NCBI RefSeq assembly: GCF_030028105.1
Contig: NC_092379.1
Location: 21,181,309-21,245,308, forward strand
DNA from: Mobula birostris
Taxonomy: Eukaryota
Reading direction: 5' to 3'
DNA: 64,000 bases
This document shows, piece after piece, positions 26,299 to 37,324 of the stretch. The notes beneath the pieces were generated by a model, which was not told the DNA's origin, did no database searches, and saw only the letters and a list, made by a program, of their open reading frames with translations. How positions within the stretch are numbered: position 1 is the stretch's first letter; each line of letters opens with the position of its first letter. The translations under genes were made by a program, and so were the position numbers.

Positions 26299-26684
26299 TT
26301 ACACACAAGATTTAAAACTATCAGTCAGAACGAGTGAGACATTGACCAGGGTGAGTTTGCTGTGAGATTTATTGATGCTTCGGAACAGGTTGGTTGTGAG
26401 CGACTCATGACCCACCACACAGGAGAAAGTGGTGCAGCTATTCCACTCCTCAGGAGAAACCTTCAGCTGACTGGTCATTGTGTTCCAGCCTTTTCTGGGG
26501 TCCTTGGTCACTGGCTGGTTCACAAACCCTGTCTTCAGAAGGGTGTCATTGGCCATCCAGGCCACATAGATGTCTGCAGGAGAGAACTTGGTGATCAGAC
26601 ACATCAAGGTCACAGTCTGATCGGTGTCTACCTCATCTGATGAAGGGAGGAGGAGGTAGACATGAGGACGAGTCAGAACACCAC
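26299..26684 (-). CDS. IgW: CH6 exon with contiguous long-form secretory tailpiece
   Basis: Acceptor TTCCAG|GT. Encodes GGVLTRPHVYLLLPS...LMCLITKFSPADIYVAW...FSCVVGHES...SHSKLTLVNVSLVLTDSFKSCV*, with the NVS sequon and penultimate Cys typical of IgM/IgW/IgNAR tailpieces. Confidence 0.95.
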
Positions 26685-27286
26685 CTGGAACAGAGAGAAT
26701 CTCAGTTAGAATGAATCTTCCAATAATTCCCTACTTACCTGACACATTCTGGTCTTGCACCAACATGAACAATTTCTAAATCTGAGAGGCTTCACTTTAT
26801 CTGAAATTGAAGGCTTTTCACTTTCTGCTCATCTTTGGGATTTGTGGAGTGGAAATCTTGGACCTGCTGCATTTTACAGCTTCCAGCGAGGTTAGTCTAT
26901 TCAGTTTAATCAATGGGAGTAACTGAACACAGCAACTCGACAGAAAGTGGAACTCAGCCCCTGGACTTGCATCATCCTGTGCTGTTTGTTCCATCTCCCC
27001 TGGAGCAGGGGTGGCAGTCTAAGCTGTGTACATGGGAGAGGGAGTGAGAACCTGTGGAACTCTCTCCCACAGAAAGCACTTGAAGAATTATCATCTAACA
27101 TATTCAAGAATGGGTTGAATATACTTCTTCGGGTGAAAGTGTCAAAGGATATCTGGAGAAAACAGGAACAGGGATTGAATTTGGATGATCAGCTGAGACC
27201 AGATTGAATGGTTGAGCAGTGCTGGATGGTGATTAATCTGTCAAATTGCTAAGATCAGACTCACACTGAATTCTGTCCACACGTAC

Positions 27287-27608
27287 CTGTGTCCTTCCTG
27301 ATGGATTTCTTCACTGGTGTTGGCAAATTCTTGTCCTCTATCACACACGAGTACTCAGCCCCACTGTTCCACTCTGCAGCAGGGACTGTCAGTCTGCTGG
27401 TGATCACGTCTTCACCTCCATTGCTGTCTGGACCCAGAGTCCTCACCCCATCTTCCCTCTTCCTTCCGTCCACTTGCCAGGTTACAATGAATCCCTGTAA
27501 ATCACTGTGAACCACCTCACACAGAATGGTCGCTGTCCTCTTACGTCCAGATCTCTTCGAAGGGAGGTTTGCTTAAAGTTACTGAGAGGGGGGTATCTGA
27601 GCAGTCAA
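27287..27608 (-). pseudogene. IgW: CH5 exon with +1 frameshift and premature stop
   Basis: Acceptor CTCCCAG|TT and donor G|GTACGT give 322 nt (3n+1). The entry frame reads VDCSDTPLSVTLSKPPFEEIWT then TAA (27543-27541). The domain continues in the next frame as KRTATILCEVVHSDLQGFIVTW...YSCVIEDKNLPTPVKKSIRKDT. Confidence 0.88.
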
Positions 27609-28947
27609 CTGGGAGAAACGTCACAATTATTATTTCAAAATTCCCAAATGGATGAGTTTGTCTCTGACGACCAACATTTCCTGTTCATTCCCGGTCAATG
27701 ATTTGCCAGTCCCATCAAGATGAGATGAGACCAATCTACATTGGTGAAGAAAGGAATCTCCCCTTTTGAGCAGACAGGGTAATACCCTGAGCAAATGTAA
27801 ATGAACAAGATTGGCCCTCAGATTGTCTTTTGCAGTTTCATGGTCACTTAAACTGTTACCAGAGACTTATTAAAACAAATACAGAAAATCCCCAGTATTT
27901 CAGAATGTGTCGGTGGAACAAGAAACAGAGCAAAATTTCACATGAAAATCTTCCAGAAAATACACTTCATATTTCAAAATTTCTGAGAAATATTTAGTTT
28001 TTGTTACAAATATTAAAATGCACTCTTTTTGTCTATCAGGTGTAACTAACATTTGCTGCTGCTTTGTCAGAATGTAGTGTGTTCAGGCCGCCCTCCTGAG
28101 GCTTCTACACATTGTCCAGGCTGACTATTCTCACACAGGAGCAGAGGGAGAGCTGCTCTGCTGGAAATTCAGTCACATCTGAGGCACTGATCGGAGGCTG
28201 GGATTAGGTTCAAAGGTAGAGGGAGGGAGCATTTTGAAGACGGGTGTCAGCGAGTTGCAGAGAGTCTGTCGAGTGAAATGGTCTGGATTCTCCTCCAGTT
28301 ATGAAAGTATTTTCTGGGATACTCTTATTTCTATGGTGAAAGTGTGGATTATGTTGGTTGAGAGTGGAAAACAAACCGTTGATTGGCCGATTTAAGTGCC
28401 AAGAGAGATCAAAAAGATGAAGGCATTGAGGCTGAGTCAATGGACAAACCGGTATTCAGCTCACTTCTCGATGAGGCTTCACTCGCCTCAGCACTGAACT
28501 GACTCTGCAGCTGCGGCCTGCAGCCATCGGCACTCACCTCAGCACTGAGCCTGGCTCCACAGCCGTGGCCTGCAGCCATCGGACTCCTGGACTGGTTGCA
28601 GTGCTGAACTGGCAACATGGCTGTGGATTTACTTTGGGGGGCTCTGCGGTTCAGTTTCTGTGGATTGTTTGTTTGAATTTTTTTTATTGTTTGCACAATC
28701 TTTTTTCACACATTGGATGTTTGACTCTGAATTCTATTGTATTTCTTTGTTTTGTGACTGCCTGCAAGAAGAGAATCTCAAGGTTGTATATGGTGCACAT
28801 ACTTTGATAATAAATGTACTTTGTACTTTGAACTTTATCAGTTCACTCACATAACTAAACCAAGACTGCACCATTATTCGGTGTTTACCTTGAATGCATA
28901 GCACAATGTAAACAATTTCAGTAATGGGGTGAGTCTCAGGACCCTAC

Positions 28948-29265
28948 CTTGGAAGTTCTTCACTTGTTTCTTGATACTGCTGTTGGAGGGGGGATGAATG
29001 ACTGTACAGCTGAAGACTGATTCTGTCTTCCACTCCTGTAAACTCACGGTCAGGAAGTGTCTGGCACTGAAAGTCCACCCCTGCTCCAGAGCGGTTGGTG
29101 TAGCACTGGTGTTGGAGTTGATCACGGTGCTGCCTTTCTCCCAGGTGACAGTTATTTGGTCCGGGTAGAATCCAGACACCACACACTCCAGTGTGGCTGT
29201 TTTCCAATTCTTGGTCTCTTCCTGAGGTGGAGGCAGCAGTCTCACCTTGGGACTTCTTATCTCGA
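28948..29265 (-). CDS. IgW: CH4 exon
   Basis: Acceptor TTCCAG|TC after an 88-bp intron. Encodes VEIRSPKVRLLPPP...LECVVSGFYPDQITVTW...FSCTVIHPPSNSSIKKQVKNFQ. Donor G|GTAGGG; 318 nt. Confidence 0.94.
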
Positions 29266-29353
29266 CTGGAATAGAAAAGAAAACAAAAGAAATGTCAAAC
29301 ATTTTGACTCAGGTAACTAATGCTGGCCATTTAATCACTGGTCTCTTGCCCAC

Positions 29354-29656
29354 CTTTGGTACTATTGGTCCGTGCTGACACTCGGGAAGATGAAGGAGAT
29401 TCCTGAGCAGAGCACTCGTACTCCACCCCACTGAACCACTCCTCCACACTGATCTGGAGTTCGCTGAGCACTCTGTATCGGGACCCGTCCATCTCCGCTT
29501 GATGGGTGTGAATTCCTTTAGTTTTCTCCTTCCCGCCCACGTGCCAAGAGATGTGGATATCTTCGGGATCTGTACAGATAACTGTGCACTTCACGGTAGC
29601 AGACTTGTCGATCCACATCTCTTCAATGTCGGGATTTTGAATAGAGACAGACAATT
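29354..29656 (-). CDS. IgW: CH3 exon
   Basis: Acceptor CCACAG|AA. Encodes ELSVSIQNPDIEEMW...VKCTVIC...ISW...EEWFSGVEYECSAQ...STK. Donor G|GTGGGC; 303 nt. Confidence 0.94.
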
Positions 29657-31334
29657 CTGTGGATTAGAAATTGAAATGCTCAGAATCTTACTGGAGATAT
29701 TTCCATTGGTTGTGTTAGGTCCAGGCAGATCATCAGTACTTGACAGCTGCATTTAATGGCTGTGGCTGTGCCTCTCCTCATCTCTGCAACCTTCACCACC
29801 CACACAAACTTCAGACAACATTGTATTCTTTCAACTCTGCTCACTCATACACCTGCACTACTTCTGCTGGTGCCTGTGGTTTTAGCATTCTTGCTGACAA
29901 ACACTGAAGTCTCTGTCTCTCTTGAAATGAGCAGCCATGGTCAGAGTGTATCCATAAGTTAGAGACTGATGAACTGGCAAAGTGGATTCAAATCCCAACC
30001 TGGTGGATGGGAGTTTAAATTCAATTCATCAATGCTTTTTGGAGTAAAAAGAAGACTACGGAGGTATTTGTAGTGTTATTCTCTGTGGTAATTTCTGGAG
30101 AGAAGTCTGGTCTGGTCTGGCTGGTTTGTGACTCCAGACCTGCAGCAACACGGCTGGAGCTGAATCACCATCAGGAATGAGGCAGCAAGTCCCTCAGTTC
30201 CAGAGAGATCAGTGATTGATGGGAAATGATAAATGAATAAAACAGCTTTTTGATCAAGTGTTGGGTCACCTGTCCTCTGGGTTAGAGTCAGTTTTGTGTG
30301 ATTGCGGTCAAGTGAAGTTGTTGAGGTCGTCTCCCAATGCACGATCGTCAGTTCACTTACATTGCAGCTCCCTGCACTTTGTGTTCACCATTTACACACT
30401 CGGTCACCTTCAGGCACGTGGGGTGTTTCTGCTCTTTGACATTTAGTGTGGAGGCTGATTGTGTTTGTGTCATGGCTGAGACCTTCAATGAGACTGAGAG
30501 TCAGTGTCTTTGTCTGAAGAAAGAGCAGACGTAACACACACAGTTCCAGTCTAACTGGGCCGGATCATCCGACAAGGTGTGATGTGTATTTCTTCACCTT
30601 TCTCATGTCAGTAAGATTATGAGCAATTTTCTTTTAAAACAGAAAGTCCGTGGGTATAGTCCAGATGACCATTGTTGTCGAGTAATACCACAAATATGCA
30701 AACCTAGGTGTATACTGAATGCTCATTGAATTGTGAATCTTAGTTTAATCAGCACTGTGATGTTGTTAAACATGTTTTCTGCAGGTTTCTCAGTTATGTC
30801 CCATATCAGCACAGTCTTGATGTTCAGCAGTCCCTAGGAAATGCGGTCCCCTCATAAAACCTGACTGAGTCAAGTTCGCTCCCCTTATTACTGAATGCTG
30901 GTGTTATTCCACAAGAAGCATATAATTCTGTCAATGCTTGGGTAATTCTAACAAAACATCCTCCTTTGTGACATTCCTTAGAGTCACTGAATTTCCCTCT
31001 TGGACTGAATTCACTGTCCGGCACGTGGATCAATGTAACTTTAGCAATTTGTCTGATCCAGGATTTACACACAAAGCATGTCAGATTGGACAGGAGACTG
31101 GTTAGACCCCTGAGTCTTCTCTCACCAATTTGTCTTGTTCCCAGTCCTTTGACTGAGTCAGCCCTGTTCACCTTCATCACCTCGTGCCTCACAGCCATTG
31201 GGTGAAAAACAGGTTCCAGTTCTTGTTGACTGGAGTTAGACAAGAGGGAATCTGGCCAAGGAAACTGGAATTGGGATCTGAGTCACACTGAAGCAACAAT
31301 GTACACAAATGAATGAGTGTATGGACAACCAGAA

Positions 31335-31960
31335 ACACAAGAGATTCTACAGATGCTGGAAATCTTGAACAACACACTCAAAATGCTGGAGGAACTGGGC
31401 AAGTCAGGCAGCATCTGTGGATGGAAATAAACAGTCGATATTTTGGGCCGAGAGATTTCACTGGTACTGGAAAGGAAGTGGGCAGAAGCCAGAATAAGAA
31501 GGTGGGTGGAGTAGAGAGGAATACATTCTGTCAGATGAGAGGTGATACCAGGTGAGGGGGAAAGTGTGTGGACGGGAGAGAGGTATGAAATAAGAAGCTG
31601 GTAGGGGATAAGTGGAAGAGATAAATGGCTGAAACAGAAGGAATCTGACAGGACAGTGGACCATGGAGGAAAGTGCAGGAGGAGGGGAACCAAATGGAGA
31701 TGATGGGCAGGTGAGGAGAACTGAAGGGATGAGGGGGTGTCTAGTATGGGGAATAGAATAAAATGGAGAATAAAGGAGTGGGGACTATTACTGCAAGTTA
31801 GGGAATAAGTATTCATGGGATCGGGTTGGCACATGAAGTGTTGCTACTCCAACCTGAATTTGGCCTCACCATGGCAGTAGAGGAGGCCATGGACAGACAT
31901 GTCAGAATGGGAATGGGAAGTCAAATTGAAATAGGTGGCCACGAGGATAATAGAAATGCG
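31335..31960 (-). mobile_element. Penelope-like element 3' fragment in the CH2-CH3 intron
   Basis: Same terminal repeat as at 863 plus the tail of the GIY-YIG coding region (about 31800-31950); the hammerhead motif is degenerate. Confidence 0.75.
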
Positions 31961-32095
31961 ATTGGAGAGGTAGTCAGTTTGAATCGTGTTTTCTTCTCTT
32001 TCTGTTAAACTTCAATCCCAATGGATACCAGAGGCAGGTCTGGAATCCAGTAAATGGAGTGTAATAAAATTCAATGACGAATTGTAGACAGCCAA

Positions 32096-32217
32096 TCACT
32101 TTATTTCACACTTTATTGCTGAACAATGATACTGTTGGGTAGAACCATCGGAGAATGTTGCATTGAGATTACTCTGTTGAAACAACATTGCCACTGGCTT
32201 CGAAAAACAGTCGGGAC
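32096..32217 (-). CDS. IgW: Short-form (2 C-domain) secretory tail exon
   Basis: Too short for the ORF track. Acceptor GTTTCCAG|GT; phase-1 reading gives GPDCFSKPVAMLFQQSNLNATFSDGSTQQYHCSAIKCEIK* with 3 Cys and an N-A-T sequon. It resembles the IgW short secretory tail as recalled; no alignment was run. Confidence 0.85.
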
Positions 32218-32880
32218 CTGGAAACGGAAGATTCATAGATTTAATTGTTAGATATTTTCACCTCTTTTCCCATGCTTGGGAAAAAGGGAGCCCCACATAT
32301 TCCCACTTTCTATCCTCTGTATATCACATCCTATCGGGATGAGGTTATGTCAGCCATGATAAATGCATGTTGTCTCTGAACCTGGTCGAGGATCTGAGGA
32401 CACAAGGTCGCAACATTCACTGGAGGATTGGGCATCAATTCAAAAATAATCCAGGCACCTACAGTGGACAATCGACAGAAGAGTCTCTCAGGAAACACTG
32501 GAAACAGACTCTGGAGACTGAAGCAAATGCAAAATTGCAGAGATATTTTTAGAAGAACTAAAACGAGAAGACAGTGAAAAGGGAACAGGGAGATCTTCTC
32601 CAGATGGTAAAGCCTGGGACGTGAGCTTTGCTCACTAACTTATTTTATTTATAACTACAAACAAAGACAACTAAAATTATTGAGACAGAATGGACAGGTG
32701 ACCTAATCTTACACCTTTCCTGCCCAGTTAAAGCTGCTGGTGAAATGAGTTGATTCAAGGTGCAAAGATCATTTGTACGTCACTCAACAAGATTGACGGT
32801 AGGGACAGGAATTGTGTGGGAGTATTAGTTCAGTATTTTAGTACTCTAAGTTAATTAATTTTTCTTCCGATATCACTCAC

Positions 32881-33180
32881 CCTCTTGATACGTCATGTTG
32901 ACCTGACCACTGAAACCGGAGGGTGCGTGATTCACTTCACAAGTATATTTCTGTTTCTTGGTCCAGTCCTGCATAGGCACTGTCAGGTAAGTGATTGTTT
33001 CAAATGTACCATCAGATCTCTGAGTGGAACGGAGAACAATCCCTTCTTGGGCAGATCCAGCTTTTTTCCAGAATACTTCAATGTTGTCAGGAGAGAATCC
33101 AGATATCACACAGCCCAGGACAGCATTTGCTTGACTGTGGATTGCCTCCCGGGATGGAACAAGGGAGCTGAGCTTCGGAG
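32881..33180 (-). CDS. IgW: CH2 exon
   Basis: Acceptor GTTACAG|CT. Encodes PKLSSLVPSREAIHSQANAVLGCVISGFSPDNIEVFW...YTCEVNHAPSGFSGQVNMTYQE. Donor G|GTGAGT; 300 nt. Confidence 0.95.
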
Positions 33181-34129
33181 CTGTAACACAATAAATATCT
33201 GTGAGTACATGATTGCTTTGCCCAAGTTTTGGACTTCATTCCCCCTCATCCTGGACAAGTTCCCCAATTCCAGCCCTCTCAAGAATGTTGTTAATTTACA
33301 GCTGATCTGATGATCTGATGGCTCACACCAGCAAATGGGAGGGCTGGGTGTATAACTTGGACCTCCCAGCAGTGTGTCCCACTGTGCTATGATAATGCAG
33401 AGAGGTGGGTCATGGGGTTGAGGTGCAGACCTGCCATGATCTAATTGTTTACTGGAGAATGACTGATACCAGCTCCTGTGAGCATGTGTACATGGTGTGG
33501 GACTGTTTCCATTAGCAAGTTTGGGAAACACAATTTTACTTTCAATGAGAAAGAAGAACAGATGGACAGGAGGAAATTAATTTGTTGTAACTGTAAAGGC
33601 TTGTTCAGATCTGTGAGAAGATGGTTAAAGAAGGGCAGTGGAGTGGATTCCTTCATCACATTCACAAGGGATTGCTTTTCCCAGAAGAGGGGCAGCTGCA
33701 GGGTGGAGGGGAAAGTGCAGGAGGAGTGGGGTAAAGCTTAAATTGTCGTTCTGTGTGCAGGGGCACGATGGGCCAGCGGTCTCTGTATGTGTACAGGAGC
33801 TGATCTGTAGGGAGGGTTTAGTGGGGGGGGGGGGGGTGGAGAGACTCCCGAAAGGAATGGATACAATGGAGGCAGATCAGCACAAGTTGTGTCCTCCACC
33901 CTCCACTGATACTGAGTTTCAGTGAGTTCACGAGGACGTTTCCCCCATTTCAATTCCTTATTTTTTCTCAATGTCAATTTGGTAAGGGGTAGGGGGTAGT
34001 ACTACTGTTGTAAGAGTAGATTAAAGGAGCTAGTTGCCATGCCCAGCATTATCTGACAAAGATTCCTACTCCAGATTTATGCTCTGAGATCAATGCAGCT
34101 TTTAAGAGAAAATTACGTCTCATACTAAC

Positions 34130-34423
34130 AGTGATGTTTCGGGAACACCGCTGTCACACTCGCTGCCTTGCAGGAGTAGACTTTATTCTTCTTCCAGTCT
34201 GCCGCAGAGACTTCGAGCAAGCTGCTCATCGTGAACTTTGAATTTTGCCCCAACACCGCCGGGTATTTCTTGAATCCAGTGGTGATGACCCCACTGTTAG
34301 TGGACCATGTCTGACTGATGCTCTCAGGCTGATAGTCCTTGACCAGACAGAGGAGGCTGATCTTTTGGTCAGATTCTGTGTTGCAGGAAGGAGTGATGTA
34401 GACTGATGGCAAGGACGTGTCCT
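34130..34423 (-). CDS. IgW: CH1 exon
   Basis: Acceptor TTTCAG|AG. Encodes [14 protein letters not shown]...[17 protein letters not shown]...[17 protein letters not shown], including the light-chain-binding Cys. The donor T|GTTAGT gives 294 nt in phase; the 3' boundary is less certain. Confidence 0.88.
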
Positions 34424-35484
34424 CTGAAATGGAAAGAAATTCACAGAAGTTTCTGTAAGTAAATGCATTACTGGCAGACAAAGAAGGAGACATGTTATCC
34501 ACTACAATTACTACAGTACTGTGCTGAAGTCTTAGCCGCATAGCTGGACTACCCCCCCCCCCCCCAACACACACAGTAGTAACTTTATGTATTGCACTGT
34601 ATCTCTGCCACTAAAAAAAAACAAATTTCATGACAGATGTGAGTGAGGATAAACTTGATTCTGATGTGGCTCTCTGTTGTGGACTGAGAGTGGGAAAGGG
34701 GAGCGAGTGAGAAGCACCAGAGAGACATTCTGGAAAGATCAATAAACCAATTGTTTGGAATCAAATGATCTTGCCTGTTGTCTCAGTGTTGGGAGTGTCT
34801 GCACCCGTGCCGAGCCCTGCCCCTGCCACTCCTTCTCTGTCCCCTGTCCCACTCACGTCCCACAGCGCTCCACCCTCACCATTCCCAACATCCTTTGCTC
34901 TCACCAGATTTACAAACTCACTCTCCATTCCACATTGATAAATATGGTATTATGAAAAAGTTTTAGGCACACTAGCAATATAGATATGCCCAAGGCTTTT
35001 GCACAGTACAGTTTATAAACCAGTAATTTCTAAAATTATTCACTCCATTAAATAATACTCTCACCATTTCAACACTCAGCTGGGAATCTGTGTCACTGAA
35101 CTCGGAGGCTATGGTTCAGTCTCACAGTGGAGACTTGAGCACACAGTCACAAGTGTGCCCCAACACCCCACTCAGACCCTGACTGAGACAGTCATCCAAT
35201 GTCCCATGTGTTGGATTTCAGACAAAATATCAAAGTTTTACCTTGTCTCGTCCCCAAATATAATTCCGGATTCTTAGAAGTCTATTCGCACCAGATTGGT
35301 GGAGTTTACAGAAAAAGTAAACATTTAGCAGTAGTTTATTTGAATAATTATGATCTGTTCAGTATTGATGTTGAGTATGAAGTAACCCTTGTGTGGATAT
35401 CTGTACCTTGTCTCCAACACCATCTGTGTGATATAGTGGTGAGTGTCTAATGGTCTCTGCTTCTGAAATTCAACTGAACAGACT

Positions 35485-36760
35485 ACCATAAGACTGTAAG
35501 ACATAGGAGCAGAATTAGGCCATTCAGCCCATCGAGTCTGCTCCGACGTTCCATCATGGCTGATTGGATCCCACTGAACCCCGTACACCTGCCTTCTCAC
35601 CATATCCTGGGATACCCTGACAGACCAGGAAATGATCAAATTCCACCTTAAATACACACATGGACCTGGCTTTCACCACACTCTGTGGCAGAGCCTTCCA
35701 CAGACTGCGCTGACTAAAAAAGTTCCTCGTTACTTCCATTCTTAGGGGTCACCCCTCAATTTTCAGGCTGTGCTCTCCAGTTGTGGATGCCCCCATCGTA
35801 CAGAAAACATAGAAAATAGGTGCAGGAGTAGGCCATTCCACCCGTCGAGCCTGCATCGCCATTCAGTATGATCATGGCTGATCATCCAACTCAGAACCCT
35901 GTACCAGCCTTCCCTCCATATCCCCTGATCCCTTTAGCCACAAGGGCCATATCTAACTCCCTCTTAAGTATAGCCAATGAACTGACCTCAACTTTTCCTG
36001 TGGCAGAGAATTCCACAGATTCACCACTCTCTGTGTGAAAAAGTTTTTCCTAATCTCGGTCCTAAAAGACTTCCCCTTTATCCTCAGACTGTGACCCCTC
36101 GTTCTGGACTTCCACAACATCAGGAACAATCTTCCTGCATCTAGTCTGTCCAATCCCTTCAGGATTTTATACATTTCAATAAGATCCCCCCTCAATCTTC
36201 TAAATTCCAACGAGTATAAGCCTAGTCAATCCAGTCGTTCATCATATGAAAGTGCTGCCATCCCAGGAATCAATCTGGTGAACCTTCTTTGTACTCCCTC
36301 TATGGCAAGAATGTCTTTCCTCAGATTAGGGGACCACGAAACATCCTCTCCACATCCACCCGATCCAGTCCTTGCAACATTCGGTAGGTTTCTATGAGAT
36401 TCCACTACATACTTCTAAATTCCAGTGAGTACAGGCTCAAAGCTGCCAAATGCTCCTCATATGTTAACCCCTTCATTTCCAGAATGATCCTCGTGAACTC
36501 CGATGGACCCTCTCCAATAACAGCACATCGTTTCTGCGATATGAGGCCCAAAACACTTGACAATACTCTAAGTGTGGTTGACTAGTGTCTTATAAAGACT
36601 CAGCATTATTTCCTTGCTTTTACATTCTATTCTCCTTGAAATAGATGCCAACATTGCATTTGCTTTCTTTACCACAGACTCAACCTGTAAATTTACCTCT
36701 GGGAGTTTTGCATGAGGACTCCAAAGTCCCTCTGCACCTCTGATCTACCCTCTGCACTAC
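35485..36760 (-). mobile_element. Nested CR1 3' ends in the J-C intron
   Basis: Two CR1 3' termini (about 35490 and 35800); ORF 35953-36210 EFRRLRGDLIE...RTRGHSLRIKG...FFTQRVVNLWNSLP. Confidence 0.85.
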
Positions 36761-36791
36761 ATAATGCATCTGACACCGCCTCTAAATTAAA

Positions 36792-37215
36792 CACGTGTAA
36801 CTGAGGAAGAATTTCAACCGCACCGAGCCTGTGGAACTTACAAGCCAAACACCTTCCTGACACACCAGGCCGAGAATCGCAGTCAGAAGAATGGTGACTG
36901 TGATCCTTTGACAAGTCTAGTCTGTGAGGGACTCATTGAGGTGGAATCCACAGTTTAATCCTGGGAACTCCAGCAAGGCCACGTGTCATGTGGTGGAGTG
37001 TGTTGACAGTTCTCGTGGCAGCTGTCACTCAGTAAATCCCGGGGTACAGTGGTCTGTGGAACTGTGAGACTGACTCCAGTGTAAGTGACTGAACACTGGT
37101 AAATGGTTCACTTTGGAAATGCCAGCGACAGCCAGCACCATTCAAACCACAGAGTCGTCAGCTTCCCTCGTACTCAGCAGCTGGGGCAAGGGATGGTCAG
37201 CTGTGGTCTGAGGAA
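36792..37215. promoter_or_regulatory. Candidate J-C intronic enhancer (E-box/Runx/Ets cluster)
   Basis: CACGTG at 36792 and 36980; GTCATGTGG 36985-36993; CAGCTG at 37019, 37178 and 37198; TGTGGT/AACCACA at 36989, 37145 and 37202; GAGGAA at 36803 and 37210. The island shows no recognisable repeat and lies between LINE fragments. Confidence 0.45.
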
Positions 37216-37324
37216 CCTCGCTGCTGTTTATCAGCGTCAACCCCTGACAACAAGGGAGCTACGGGACCAAAGACCTGGGACCATCAGGACGATCATCAGT
37301 AATCTGTGTCTATCTGTTCATCTA

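Noticed and set aside
30824-31243. 139-aa minus-strand ORF in the CH2-CH3 intron as a hidden domain
   Set aside because: No Ig Cys/Trp spacing, no matching splice sites and no recognisable motif.
35123-35129. Isolated CACAGTG heptamer in the J-C intron
   Set aside because: No nonamer recognised at 12 or 23 bp; such heptamers are expected by chance.
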